Source: Candidatus Spongiisociaceae bacterium
Lineage (GTDB): Bacteria; Actinomycetota; Acidimicrobiia; Spongiisociales; Spongiisociaceae
Assembly: GCA_965262915.1 (NCBI GenBank)
Contig: OZ253564.1
Location: 3,904,001 to 3,968,000 of the forward strand
DNA length: 64,000 nt
Direction of reading: 5' to 3'
Shown: in pieces, positions 1 to 10,067 of the stretch
Layout of the letters: every line of letters starts with the position of its first letter
How positions within the stretch are numbered: position 1 is the stretch's first letter
Notes under the pieces: generated by a model
Told to the model about the DNA's origin: nothing
Seen by the model: the letters and a program-made list of their open reading frames with translations, nothing else
The model's database searches: none
Program-made: the position numbers and the translations under genes

Positions 1-1
1 T

Positions 2-451
2 GCGGGGCTACTCGGCGCTGCTGTCGGCCTAGGCGCACTAGCCGCTGTTCCGCCGGAGTGGAGCGAGAAGCTATTTTCTCGGGTCGGGCGCTGGCCCGGT
101 CCCACGATTGCGGAGTATATAGAGAACAGACGAGCGCGTGGTCCCATCGCACCGGAGTCAGGATGGGGGGTCGCATTCCATGAGAAGCCAGACCGGATGG
201 TGTATGTCGGCCTCCGCTTAAGGGACGAGACCTATCTCGACGGCCCGCTTCTGTCCTTCAGTTCCCAGATCGAGGAGAACGACCAGCGCAGCATCAAACT
301 CGGGAGACCCGTCCGGATAAGCTTTCCCTCGGCCACCGAAGCGGAGCTGCTCCCCTGGGACGTGGATGCAGTTATCGTCTCGGCGAGCGAGATCAAGATG
401 ATCTCTGTCAACTATTTGCCGAAGGGCTTCATCAAGCGGGTAGATGGCTGA
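2..451 (+). CDS. 3' part of a membrane-associated hypothetical protein (DUF6338-like); starts before the window
   Basis: Frame is open from base 2 (AGLLGAAVGLGALAAVPPEW...SGWGVAFHEKPDRMVYVGLRLRDETYLDGPLLSFS...). A hydrophobic segment is followed by a W..F / V.LRD..Y.G.L..FS beta-rich domain. Confidence 0.5.
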   Translation, partial: AGLLGAAVGLGALAAVPPEWSEKLFSRVGRWPGPTIAEYIENRRARGPIAPESGWGVAFHEKPDRMVYVGLRLRDETYLDGPLLSFSSQIEENDQRSIKLGRPVRISFPSATEAELLPWDVDAVIVSASEIKMISVNYLPKGFIKRVDG

Positions 452-659
452 GGGAACGCTCGGGCCAGGGAGATAGGGAACTCCTGAAGAGGGCGAACAC
501 CCGCCGGCTGATATCGGGTGCTCCCCCGCCCACAGGGTGGCACTAAAAGTGGGACTTGGCTCTGATGTGCAAACTTTGTATCTCGTAATGTGCACACGGC
601 GTATCTACAGGTGCGCATATCTTGTAGTTTGATTCGTGCAGGATTGGTAGTGTTAGGCT

Positions 660-812
660 ATGAATCGTTACCTCGAGCGTCTGGTGGACCCGTGGATCGC
701 CGAGGTGCTCGCGTCGGTGCCTGCGGTGATGATCACCGGCGGCCGGGCCGTCGGTAAGACCACCACCGCGCTAAGCCTGAATCCACCGATGGGGAGGGCG
801 CAGCGGACATAG
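660..812 (+). pseudogene. N-terminal remnant of an AAA_14/DUF4143-type ATP-binding protein, interrupted by a MITE
   Basis: Translation MNRYLERLVDPWIAEVLASVPAVMITGGRAVGKTTTAL contains a Walker A, then reads into the MITE and stops at 810-812. A TAGTGT -10-like box sits 6 bp before the ATG (leaderless). Confidence 0.75.
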
Positions 813-963
813 AGATATGGTGGAAATGCCTCCTGATCTGCGGCGATAGCTATTGGTAAGGATGGTTCGGTCCTGGGAAGAGGAGCAACTTCCTGTGAGT
901 GGTGGATCCCGGAGATCGCCCTGGTCAGGATTGGTTTTCGGAATATGAATCGGTGGATTCAGG
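776..963. mobile_element. 188-bp MITE, IS1380-like ends
   Basis: Perfect terminal inverted repeat CCTGAATCCACCGAT (776-790) / ATCGGTGGATTCAGG (949-963), flanked by the direct repeat CTAAG (771-775, 964-968). No transposase inside. Confidence 0.85.
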
Positions 964-1084
964 CTAAGAGGGTGCGCTGGTAGGTGCTCACCGGGGGAAA
1001 CAGCGAGTACGACCGTTGACGAGTACACACCGATGACCAGGGGTTCTTCGATCTGGAGCCGGGTAGGTCCATTGACAGGGGCGG

Positions 1085-1477
1085 TTACGGTCCGCCTACC
1101 CGCGCACCCTCTAAGAACCAAGAACGGCCGGCTTCTTCAAAAGTGGTGCACCCGGGGGGTAGCTCGAGACGGCGGGGCGGGTTCTCTACGGCCCAGCGCC
1201 AGTTGGCGCACACCCGGGCGAACCGCGTCGGGTCGGCGGTGATCTCGATCAGCAGTTCCAGATCTTCGGTGTCCTCGGCATAATAGGGCAGGATCCCGGC
1301 GGCATGGAAGCGGCGCAGTTGCTCCAACTGCACTAGGCGTGCCTCTTCAACCCGGTCCGGCGGGATCTCCGCCCAGCCCAACTCGACCAAGGGGTGCTCG
1401 TCGATCTGCTGGTCCGTCCAGTCGGCGGGGTCCCGCTCGAAGGGTGACAAGACGTCTCCGGTGGTTCGGGTAGCCAT
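1085..1477 (-). CDS. Hypothetical protein (130 aa), probably leaderless
   Basis: ORF MATRTTGDVLSPFERDPADW... with coding-like codon use. TACAGT lies 6 bp upstream of the ATG at 1477. Confidence 0.6.
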   Translation of the reverse strand: MATRTTGDVLSPFERDPADWTDQQIDEHPLVELGWAEIPPDRVEEARLVQLEQLRRFHAAGILPYYAEDTEDLELLIEITADPTRFARVCANWRWAVENPPRRLELPPGCTTFEEAGRSWFLEGARVGGP

Positions 1478-1532
1478 ACCGGGACTGTAACAGCCCCTCG
1501 CGCGCAACGCGCAGGTTAACAACCACTAACTA

Positions 1533-2885
1533 TCAATTACTTTCGATAGTGAAATCGTCGGCGCCCGGGACCCGCACCACCTCCGGATAGGTAACACCGA
1601 ACGGTCGGGTCGCGTCGATACCCCACACCGAGATGACCTCCTTCTCCGGGGCCGAGGGATCCAGGGGGCCACCCGCCACGCGTGGAACGATGATCACGTC
1701 CTCGGCCGGTTGGCTCCGGGTCATGATCGCCCAGTTGACCGCTTCGGTGTCGTACACGTCTATGTCCTCGTCCACCATGACCACCAGCTTCGGCCGCGAC
1801 GAGTCCCCGAGAGCGGTGAGGATCACATGTCGCGCCTGTGCCTTGTAGCGCTGCTCCAGGGCGATGACCGCCGCGTACTGGACACCGCCCCAGTTCGGGT
1901 AGGAGACGGCAGTGACCTCCGGGAAGGTCTCCCGTAGCTTCTCGTAGAGGGCGCTCTCGTACGCGAACGACTTGAGGACGTGGTTGTCGGTGGGAGGTAT
2001 GCCGGTCATCCCCGCCAGGAAGATCGGATCGCGACGGTGGGTGATCGCAGTCACCTCGATGACATGGTTCTCCTCCGCAGGTCCGTAGTAGCCGGTGAAC
2101 TCACCGAACGGTCCCTCCATCACCCGCTCGCCCGGCAGCACCCGCCCTTCGATCACGATCTCGGCCGATGCAGGGACCTCGAGATCCACCGAGACACACT
2201 TGACAACGTCCACCGGCTCCCCCCTGATGCCTCCGGCCACCGTCATCTCGTTCACACCTTGGGGAACCTTGGCCTGAGACGCATACAGGAGAACCGGATC
2301 GCAACCGTTAACGATCGCTATGTCCAACGGCTCGTCACGCCGCTCAGCCCGTGCCATGTGCGTTCCGAGACCTTGAAAGGCGTGTGACATGACCGACATA
2401 CGGTCCTTTCCGGTGCGCATCACCCGATACACCGACGCGTTGACCGACCGGTCGATCGGGTCCTTGCTCACTTCGAGCGCCACGGTCACGTACGGACCGC
2501 CGTCCTTTTCGGAATAGACCGGCATAGGTAACGAGTTCAGGTCGATGTCGTTCCCGGTATGAACCACCTCCTGGCACTCCCCTGAGGGGACCAGCCGAGG
2601 CTCGACAGGGTTTCTCAGTCCGTGGGAGAACCGGGCGTTGCCTTCCGCCGCGGAGTCCACCTCCAGAGCCAGCAGGGCCTTGAACCTGTTGGTGAACACG
2701 GCGCCGGCCACCGGCATGTCATGGCCGGTGACGTTCTCGAACATCAGAGCCGGACCACTCGTGTCCGCCATCTTCCGGATGCCCGCGGCAATCTCGAATC
2801 GTGTGTCCACCGGGCGGCTGACGCGCGCCAGGTCCCCTGCTGCTTCCAGTGCCGAGAGAAACTCACGGAGATCATGAAAAGGCAT
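1533..2885 (-). CDS. UbiD-family prFMN-dependent (de)carboxylase 1
   Basis: MPFHDLREFLSALE start with GGAGGT RBS; VNASVYR; canonical EGPFGEFTGYY motif; VDEDID; LDPS; IDATRP. Confidence 0.95.
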   Translation of the reverse strand: MPFHDLREFLSALEAAGDLARVSRPVDTRFEIAAGIRKMADTSGPALMFENVTGHDMPVAGAVFTNRFKALLALEVDSAAEGNARFSHGLRNPVEPRLVPSGECQEVVHTGNDIDLNSLPMPVYSEKDGGPYVTVALEVSKDPIDRSVNASVYRVMRTGKDRMSVMSHAFQGLGTHMARAERRDEPLDIAIVNGCDPVLLYASQAKVPQGVNEMTVAGGIRGEPVDVVKCVSVDLEVPASAEIVIEGRVLPGERVMEGPFGEFTGYYGPAEENHVIEVTAITHRRDPIFLAGMTGIPPTDNHVLKSFAYESALYEKLRETFPEVTAVSYPNWGGVQYAAVIALEQRYKAQARHVILTALGDSSRPKLVVMVDEDIDVYDTEAVNWAIMTRSQPAEDVIIVPRVAGGPLDPSAPEKEVISVWGIDATRPFGVTYPEVVRVPGADDFTIESN

Positions 2886-3167
2886 CGAAACGACCTCCAT
2901 ATCGTGTCGCCGCACCGACTGTACGCATGTGGGCGACCCGGAGCAACAAGCTCTTTGGGGGTGCCGGCCGGCCACGACCCGATCGTCGGACGCCAAGCGG
3001 GCACCTGACGGGCCACCGACCGGCCGTCGCAGCATCGTCATGCTCCTGCCTATCCCGGGGGATATCCGGACAAGAGAAGTCCGAAGCCATGCAGAACCGT
3101 CCCGAGAACTCTTTGCCGCTTCAAGCCGTCGATGGGACGACGGGAATCAGTGGTTCTTCTGCGTGAT

Positions 3168-3635
3168 CTACGAGGAGCCGGCTCGGCGTTCTTCCAGAAG
3201 CCGGGACACGTTCGCAAGCGACCCGATCACGACCTGCTCCGCCTTGATGCCGACTATCCGTTGGCCGAACGTCGCCACACGGCCGACCATCCGGACATCG
3301 GCGGTGATGGCGATCTCGGTCGCCGCTCCGTCGTCCGCCTCGGTGAAGGCGAAGACCTGCTCGGAGTGGACGGAGCTTCCAAGACCCGTGTCCGTGCCAT
3401 CAACCACGGCAGTGACGCTCTTGAGTGGATCGAGATCCGTGAGTTTCGTAGTCAGCTTGAACCGGGCCGTCACGGGCCCGACCCGCTGCGTGAGCAGGGC
3501 ACTGAACGCCTTGGGTCCTGTCGCCTTGTAGTTGCTGATTCCCGGAATGCACAGAGCCACTGCTTCGATGTCGTCCATCAGACCCCAGATCTCGGCGGGC
3601 GGGGCTCCGATTCTCACCGTCTTTTCGAATTTCAT
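3168..3635 (-). CDS. coxG: CoxG/SRPBCC-family protein
   Basis: MKFEKTVRIGAPPAEIWGLMDDIEAVALCIPG...VGPVTARF...GRVATFGQRIV; GGAGGT RBS before the ATG at 3635. Confidence 0.85.
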   Translation of the reverse strand: MKFEKTVRIGAPPAEIWGLMDDIEAVALCIPGISNYKATGPKAFSALLTQRVGPVTARFKLTTKLTDLDPLKSVTAVVDGTDTGLGSSVHSEQVFAFTEADDGAATEIAITADVRMVGRVATFGQRIVGIKAEQVVIGSLANVSRLLEERRAGSS

Positions 3636-3875
3636 CCCATATACCTCCGTCGTCGGAAACGCCCCGCTGCCCGCCCTGACCGGTTCGCCGGTGAGCGGGG
3701 TGTTGCGAAGCTTCGTGGCCCGCAGCTGGATCGCCAGGCGGCATGCTTCGGGAACAAGCGGGAACTTAACAGCCGCCCCGGTTCGGCAGGAACCCCGGTT
3801 CGCAGAATGAGAACAGCCGGCGAAGCCGACCTTCCGCAACCGCCGGATGGCTCCGAGGACCGCATCGACGGTCAC

Positions 3876-3924
3876 TTCCACCGTACGAAGGACGGTTGAA
3901 TGAGCACTGCTCACTCTGTAGCAT
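3876..3924 (+). promoter_or_regulatory. Operator TTCCACCGTACGAAG plus sigma70-type promoter (TTGAAT-17 bp-TAGCAT)
   Basis: -35 at 3896-3901, -10 at 3919-3924. The 15-bp motif at 3876-3890 is shared with three other promoters. Confidence 0.6.
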
Positions 3925-4012
3925 CCCGTCCAGTGTCGGGACGCCCTTCGATTCCCGCAAACACTGCCCCGGCTCCTAGCGGGGATGGAACACACAACGG
4001 GGGAGGCCCATC

Positions 4013-4894
4013 GTGCGACGTGATATGGAACTACTACGCGGAGCAATCGACATGCATGCGCACACCGCGCCCGCTCTGTTTCCCCGTCCTATTACCGACC
4101 AGGATCTCGGCAGCTACGCGCTCGACTACGGCATGCGCGGGTTCGTGTTGAAGGACCATGACAGCGCCACTTTTCACCGCGCCGCCCAGCTGAAGCGTTC
4201 CATGCCCGGCATCGACCCCGTCGGCGCGATCGTGTTGAATCGCTCGGTCGGAGGAATCAACCCCTACGTCGTCGAAGCAGCCCTCCATTACGGCGCCAGA
4301 GTGATCTGGATGCCCAGCAACCACTCGCAGCACCACGACGACTACTTCGGGATACCGGACTACCCGCAGTTGGGTCGCATGCGGCGACAACTTCCCGGCC
4401 CGGGCGTCACCGTCCTTGACGAGAACGGTCGCCTGACCGACGACGCCAAGATGGTCATCAAGCTGGTGGCGGACGCGGGTGCATGCCTTTGCACAGGCCA
4501 CCTGAACCTCGATGAGACCCGCCTTGTCATCAAGGAGGCGAACAGGGTGGGGCTCGAGAGGCTCGTGGTTACCCACGTCAACTGGGCCCTGACCAAGTAC
4601 GACCTGGAAATCCAGCGGGAATTGGTGGCTGCGGGTGCGTACCTAGAGATCGTTGCGATCTCCTGCGTGTCGCCCACCTTCTACGAGCAGGCACCGTCCG
4701 AGCTCGCGCCGATAATCGACGCGCACGCCGGAGAGCGACTGATCCTCACTTCCGACCTCGGCCAGGGTTCGGGACCACCTCATCCCGAGGGGTTGCGCAT
4801 GATCCTCCACTCGCTCCTCGACGAAGGTGTCGACTACAGCGCTCTCGAGAAGATGACCAAGGAAAACCCCGCATTCCTTACGGGTCTGGGTTGA
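4013..4894 (+). CDS. Metal-dependent amidohydrolase-fold protein (DUF6282-like)
   Basis: DMHAH, LKDH, WMPS, TGH, VTH and SDLGQ motifs. Confidence 0.8.
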   Translation: MRRDMELLRGAIDMHAHTAPALFPRPITDQDLGSYALDYGMRGFVLKDHDSATFHRAAQLKRSMPGIDPVGAIVLNRSVGGINPYVVEAALHYGARVIWMPSNHSQHHDDYFGIPDYPQLGRMRRQLPGPGVTVLDENGRLTDDAKMVIKLVADAGACLCTGHLNLDETRLVIKEANRVGLERLVVTHVNWALTKYDLEIQRELVAAGAYLEIVAISCVSPTFYEQAPSELAPIIDAHAGERLILTSDLGQGSGPPHPEGLRMILHSLLDEGVDYSALEKMTKENPAFLTGLG

Positions 4895-5001
4895 TCGGGA
4901 TTCTCACGGTCGAGCCCGCGATACCCGCCGTGTCGCTAACCGGCTCTCGGAGGACCGGCGCCGGTTACCGAGGGATCCGACCGTTCCCTGATCGGACCTG
5001 A

Positions 5002-6597
5002 TTGCCACGGACGTTGCGCCCACAAGTCCGCAAGTCCGCCCAACTGGATGCGGCGGAGGATCTGACTCCGCCGCAGGAGCGGCATCCGTCTGACGGTCCG
5101 GTGCTGAGGATGCGCGGCATCCGGAAGACCTACCCGGGAGTGATCGCGAACGACAATGTCGATCTCGATGTCTATCCCGGGGAGATCCACGGGCTTCTCG
5201 GCGAGAACGGGGCCGGGAAGACCACGCTGATGAAAATCCTCTACGGTCTCTCTCAGCCCGACGCGGGGTCGATCGAGATAAAGGGACGCCCGCTCGTGGT
5301 GCGCTCGCCGAGGGACGCGGTCGATGCCGGCATCGGCATGGTTCACCAGCATTTCATGCTCGTACCGGACATGACGGTGGCCGAGAACGTGGCGCTCGGG
5401 TTCCGGACCGAACGGTATCCGCTGACGGACCTGGCCAGGATCTCCGCCGATGTGACCGAGCTGTCGCGTGTCCACGGCCTCGAAGTGGATCCCGGGGCCG
5501 TCATCGAAGATCTCTCGGTCGGAACCAGGCAGCGGGTGGAGATCCTCAAGCTGCTTCATCGTTCAGCCGAGATCCTGATCCTCGACGAGCCCACATCGGT
5601 CCTGACACCCCAGGAATGGGAGGACCTCGCCGCGGTGCTCCGGTCCCTCGTAGCCGAAGGTCGCGCCGCGGTGTTCATCACCCACAAACTCGACGAGGTG
5701 ATGGCCGTGGCGGATCGGTGCACGGTCCTGCGCGACGGAGCGGTCGTCGGAACGGTAGACGTGGAGGACACCGACAAAGCCTCACTGGCGAGGATGATGG
5801 TCGGCCGGCCAGTTGTCTTCCGCGCTACCCGAGAAGAGGTAGAACCGGGCGAACCGGTGCTCGAAGTGGAGGACCTCTCTCTCACCGACAGCACCGGCAA
5901 GGTAGTCCTCGAGAGGATCACCTTCGAGGTTCGAGCCGGGGAGGTGTTGGGCGTGGCGGGGGTAGACGGAAACGGTCAGACCCAGTTGGTGGACGTCCTC
6001 ACCGGCATGCGGCGGCCGGCCACCGGACGGATCCTCATCGGCGGCGAGGAGATCGACCGCCTCACTCCCGGCGGATTCCGGCGCCGTTCCGGTGGTGTGA
6101 TCACCGAAGACCGGCACGAGAAGGGCCTCGCCCTCGACCTGTCCCTCCGGGACAACCTCATAATGCGTGACTACCGAGATCGTCCTCTTTCGTCCCGGGG
6201 CGTACTCGACCTGGCTTCGATCAGGAAGCACTGCGTCAACCTGATACGCCGCTTCGATGTTCGAACCCCGAGCCAGACGATCCGGATGCGCCAGCTCTCA
6301 GGGGGTAACCAGCAGAAGTCAATCCTGGCGCGGGAGCTCTTCGCTGCCCCGAACCTGCTCATCGCCTCCCAACCGACGCGAGGGCTCGATGTGGGCGCAA
6401 TGGAGTTCGTGTATGCGTCCCTCCTCGAACGGAAGCGGGAAGGAGCCGCCCTGTTGCTCATATCCACCGAACTGGACGAGATCCTCTCTCTCAGCGACCG
6501 GATAGCGGTAATAGCCAATGGGCGATTCCTGCGTATCCTCGACGCACATGACGCGGACGCCGAGACCCTGGGTTTGTTGATGGGAGGTGAGGGGTAG
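5002..6597 (+). CDS. ABC transporter ATP-binding protein, nucleoside/sugar (NupA/YufO type), importer 1
   Basis: Two ABC domains: GENGAGKTT, LDEPT, LSGGNQQK, QPTRGLD. The true start may be near 5101. Confidence 0.95.
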   Translation: MPRTLRPQVRKSAQLDAAEDLTPPQERHPSDGPVLRMRGIRKTYPGVIANDNVDLDVYPGEIHGLLGENGAGKTTLMKILYGLSQPDAGSIEIKGRPLVVRSPRDAVDAGIGMVHQHFMLVPDMTVAENVALGFRTERYPLTDLARISADVTELSRVHGLEVDPGAVIEDLSVGTRQRVEILKLLHRSAEILILDEPTSVLTPQEWEDLAAVLRSLVAEGRAAVFITHKLDEVMAVADRCTVLRDGAVVGTVDVEDTDKASLARMMVGRPVVFRATREEVEPGEPVLEVEDLSLTDSTGKVVLERITFEVRAGEVLGVAGVDGNGQTQLVDVLTGMRRPATGRILIGGEEIDRLTPGGFRRRSGGVITEDRHEKGLALDLSLRDNLIMRDYRDRPLSSRGVLDLASIRKHCVNLIRRFDVRTPSQTIRMRQLSGGNQQKSILARELFAAPNLLIASQPTRGLDVGAMEFVYASLLERKREGAALLLISTELDEILSLSDRIAVIANGRFLRILDAHDADAETLGLLMGGEG

Positions 6598-6601
6598 AGC
6601 C

Positions 6602-7705
6602 ATGCACCCGCTAGTGCGCAAGGTGATGTTGAACGGGGCCATTGCCATCGGCCCGGTCATGGCCGCCCTGCTCGTGGCTGCCGTCGTGCTCGCGCTGGCG
6701 GGCGCCCCACCCGTTGATGCGCTCAAGGCGCTTCTGAGCGGGTCGGTCGGCGGGCGCATCCAACTCGCCCGTACTCTTAGCTTCCTGTTACCGCTCGTTC
6801 TGATCGCGCTGGCGTGGATCCTCGCCTTCACCACCAAGCGGATAAACCTCGGGCTCGAAGGGCAGATCATCGTCGGTGGGATCGTCGCCACCGTGATCGG
6901 GCTCCACCTCACCGGGCTCCCGACCGGCGTCCATATCCCGCTGGCGATGGTCGGAGGCGCCTCGGCGGGTGCTCTCTACGCGGGGATCGCGGCCTGGTTC
7001 TGGGCGAAGAGGGACGTCAACGAGATCATCTCGACCCTCATGCTGACGCTCATCGCGGCGGAGGCGCTCAGCTGGCTCGTGAGGGGGCCCATGCAGGAAC
7101 CGGGCGTCGTGTTCCCCAGAAGCAGCGAGGTGGCGCAAACCGCGCAATGGGGGACGATCGTGGCCAACAGCGCCCTGACGTGGGACATTCTCCTGGTTCC
7201 GGTTGCGGTGATCGCCGTCGCGTTCCTGCAGAACCGGACCACGTTCGGGCTGACGCTGCGGATCACCGGCGCCAATCCGACGGCAGCCCGCCACGTGGGT
7301 ATAAGGACCGTACGTATCAACGCTGCGGCCCTGATCCTGTCGGGCGCGTTGGCGGGAACTGTCGGCGCATCGCTGATCCTCGGCGGGGAAACCGGCCGCA
7401 TGGGCGATGGGTTCTCGGCCGGCTTCGGCTTCGAGGGAATCGTCGTGGCTCTCGTCGCCCGCAACAACCCGTTCGGCGCCGTTCCCGCCGCGCTGCTCTT
7501 CGCCGTGCTCGACTCGGGCAGTGGCCTGATGGAGACCCGCGTCGGGGTCGCTTCCGAACTCGTATACGTGACCCAGGGTCTGGTGATCCTCTTCGTCGCG
7601 GGTACCGCGTACCTGTACAACCGGGCGAGACGAACCCGGGTCGACGCCTCCCAGAACAGCCCAATTCGCCCGTCGACCGGGACGGACATGGTAGGTACGG
7701 GCTGA
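6602..7705 (+). CDS. ABC transporter permease (NupB type), importer 1
   Basis: NLGLEGQ, NEIISTLML, GFGFEGIVVALVARNNP; multiple TM helices. Confidence 0.92.
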   Translation: MHPLVRKVMLNGAIAIGPVMAALLVAAVVLALAGAPPVDALKALLSGSVGGRIQLARTLSFLLPLVLIALAWILAFTTKRINLGLEGQIIVGGIVATVIGLHLTGLPTGVHIPLAMVGGASAGALYAGIAAWFWAKRDVNEIISTLMLTLIAAEALSWLVRGPMQEPGVVFPRSSEVAQTAQWGTIVANSALTWDILLVPVAVIAVAFLQNRTTFGLTLRITGANPTAARHVGIRTVRINAAALILSGALAGTVGASLILGGETGRMGDGFSAGFGFEGIVVALVARNNPFGAVPAALLFAVLDSGSGLMETRVGVASELVYVTQGLVILFVAGTAYLYNRARRTRVDASQNSPIRPSTGTDMVGTG

Positions 7706-8781
7706 TGGGAGTGTTCGACGTCTTCTGGCTGGCCACCACACTGCGTCTCGCAACGCCCTTGATCTTTGCGTCAAGCGGTGAACTGCTTGCCGAACGTACG
7801 GGCGTTCTGAATATCGGCCTCGAGGGTTTCATGCTGTCCGGCGCTTTCTTCGGGTTCCTGGGTACGTACCTGACCGGTAGCTTCGTGGTGGGCGTCGCAT
7901 TGGCGATAGTGGCCGGGATCATCTTCGCCGCCGCGATGGCGTTCCTCTCCATCCGCCTCCGCGCCGACCAGATAGTGGTAGGCATCGGGATCAACATCCT
8001 GGCCCTCGGGGTGACATCCTTCGCCTTCCGCGAGATATTCAGCGGCCCGCAGGTCCTCCTGGATCGGCCCGAGCCATGGGAATGGCCGCTCCTGTCCCGT
8101 ATCCCGGGTGTGGGTCAGGCGCTGTTCGCCCAACCCGGGTGGGTCTACTTTGCGCTGGTAGTCGTGGCGGCCGTCTGGTTCGTGCTGCAACGCACCACTT
8201 GGGGACTGTCGATGCGGGCCACCGGCGAGCTACCCGAGGCGGCCGACACGGCCGGATCGAGCGTCTTTCGCAACCGCTGGATCGCCACGTTGGTAGCGGG
8301 GGGACTCGCCGCCGGAGGAGGCTCATTCCTGTCGATCGAGCTCGGAGTATTCATCGAGGGAATGACCAACGGGCGAGGCTACCTGGCGCTTGCTGCGGTC
8401 ATCTTCGGTCGCTGGCGGGCAACCGGCGTCCTCTTCGCATGCCTCCTCTTCGGCGGGGCGGACGCCCTGCAGCTTCGACTCCAAGCGGAGGCGGCTGTCC
8501 CCTTCGAGGTCTGGTTGGTCCTGGCTCTCCTCGGTCCTGCGTATCTGGTGGCCGCAAGGCGATCTCTCAAGTCCCGTCACCCACTCACTCTGGCCACCAT
8601 CGGTTGCCTGACGCTGATCGGGTTGGTGCTGGCAGTGATCCAGCCGCAGTTCACGCTGCCCGCACAGCTCTGGCGGACGCTCCCGTTCGTGCTCACGATC
8701 ATCGTTCTGGCCGGGTTCATCGGACGCTCATGGATGCCCTCCACCTTGGCTATCCCGTACAGCCGGGAGGCTGAAACGTGA
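7705..8781 (+). CDS. ABC transporter permease (NupC type), importer 1
   Basis: ATG overlaps the upstream TGA; ATPLIFASSGELLAERTGVLNIGLEG; GRGYLALAAVIFGRW; P..LAIPY.RE end. Confidence 0.92.
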   Translation: MGVFDVFWLATTLRLATPLIFASSGELLAERTGVLNIGLEGFMLSGAFFGFLGTYLTGSFVVGVALAIVAGIIFAAAMAFLSIRLRADQIVVGIGINILALGVTSFAFREIFSGPQVLLDRPEPWEWPLLSRIPGVGQALFAQPGWVYFALVVVAAVWFVLQRTTWGLSMRATGELPEAADTAGSSVFRNRWIATLVAGGLAAGGGSFLSIELGVFIEGMTNGRGYLALAAVIFGRWRATGVLFACLLFGGADALQLRLQAEAAVPFEVWLVLALLGPAYLVAARRSLKSRHPLTLATIGCLTLIGLVLAVIQPQFTLPAQLWRTLPFVLTIIVLAGFIGRSWMPSTLAIPYSREAET

Positions 8782-8897
8782 GCACTACCGCTTCGGTTAG
8801 AGTGCATATCTCACGAGACGAGAACCGGCTGTCGCGGGGTGGAGACGCTCCTTAGAATCGGTCGGTATATCGCACCTCGAGTTGAAGGATTCGCCAC

Positions 8898-9959
8898 ATG
8901 GGAGGGATCGTGCGGGCAAGAACATCGGCTTATCGGATACGGATACTCACAGTCTTGCTGGCTCTGGGAGTGGTCGCCGCGGCATGCGGTGGAGACGACG
9001 CGGAAGAAACGACCACCACCGCCGCACCCGCCACCACAACAACCGCGGCCCCGGCGGAGCCAGAACCGCTCACCGTGGGCATGGCACTGCCCGGTCCGAA
9101 GAACGATAAGGGCTTCTCCCAGGCTCACTACAACGGGCTCCTGCTGGTGGAGAGCGAGATGGGGGTGAAGGTCTCCGTACGGGAGAACGTTCTGGATCCA
9201 CAGGCCCGGGTCGAGGCGCTACGCGACCTCGCGCAGGACAACGAACTGGTCATCGGAGTCGGCGCCGAGTACGCAGAGCCAGGCGTGACCGTCGCCCCGC
9301 AGTTCCCCGACACCACCTTCATGGTGATCAACGGGCAGACCTCCGACGCGCCGAACCTGTTCGTCTACGGCGTGAGAGAAGGCGTTCCCGCCTACATCGC
9401 CGGCGTCGTGGCGGCTCATCTGACGACATCGAACCAGGCCGGGTTCGTCGGCGGTGAAGAGATACCGCCCCTGTACATGGCCGACGACGGTTTCTCCGCC
9501 GGTCTGAAGTCGGTGAACCCCGACATCGAGATCACGTCGACGATCGTCGGTTCGTTCATCGATCCGCAGGGTGCTTTCGCGGCCGCCTCCGCCCAGCTAG
9601 CGGTCGGTGCGGACGTTATATACAGCTACGTGGATTCGGGCATCGCCGGGGTAATCGAGGCAATCGGCGACGCGGGAGGCAACGCCCTCACCTTCGGGAT
9701 CATCTTCCCCCGCTGCGGTGACTTCCCCGAGATCGTCGGTACGTCGATTCTCAATGCGTCGGGACTCGTTCTGACCATGACCAACGACTACGTCAACGGC
9801 ACGGTTCCTGACGTGCCCCAGTTCTTCGGCGTCGAGAACCCGGATGTCCAGCGGTTCGAACTCTGCCCGGACCACGTCACCGACGAGTTGCGCAAGATCG
9901 TCGACGACACCACGGCGGGGATCAACGACGGCTCGATCACCCTTCCGGAAGGAATCTGA
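8898..9959 (+). CDS. BMP-family ABC substrate-binding lipoprotein, importer 1
   Basis: Lipobox AAAC; T/A/P linker; PGPKNDKGFSQAHYNG; AGFVGG. Confidence 0.9.
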   Translation: MGGIVRARTSAYRIRILTVLLALGVVAAACGGDDAEETTTTAAPATTTTAAPAEPEPLTVGMALPGPKNDKGFSQAHYNGLLLVESEMGVKVSVRENVLDPQARVEALRDLAQDNELVIGVGAEYAEPGVTVAPQFPDTTFMVINGQTSDAPNLFVYGVREGVPAYIAGVVAAHLTTSNQAGFVGGEEIPPLYMADDGFSAGLKSVNPDIEITSTIVGSFIDPQGAFAAASAQLAVGADVIYSYVDSGIAGVIEAIGDAGGNALTFGIIFPRCGDFPEIVGTSILNASGLVLTMTNDYVNGTVPDVPQFFGVENPDVQRFELCPDHVTDELRKIVDDTTAGINDGSITLPEGI

Positions 9960-10067
9960 ACCCGAACAGCAGCCCGACAGCTGCGACAACCGGATGACAC
10001 ACTTGGCGGCTGGACCTCCCAGCCGCCAAGACCGTTTGCGGAGAGTCGATCGCGGCAACGACCTTGA

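Noticed and set aside
565-645. Imperfect GTGC...GTA repeats at about 21-25 bp spacing upstream of the ATPase remnant
   Set aside because: Only two copies match well; possibly operator repeats, but too degenerate to call.
6814-7704. Long N-terminal extension making a 655-aa permease
   Set aside because: Overlaps the upstream permease out of frame and is Arg/Pro/Gly-rich; the real start is the ATG at 7705.
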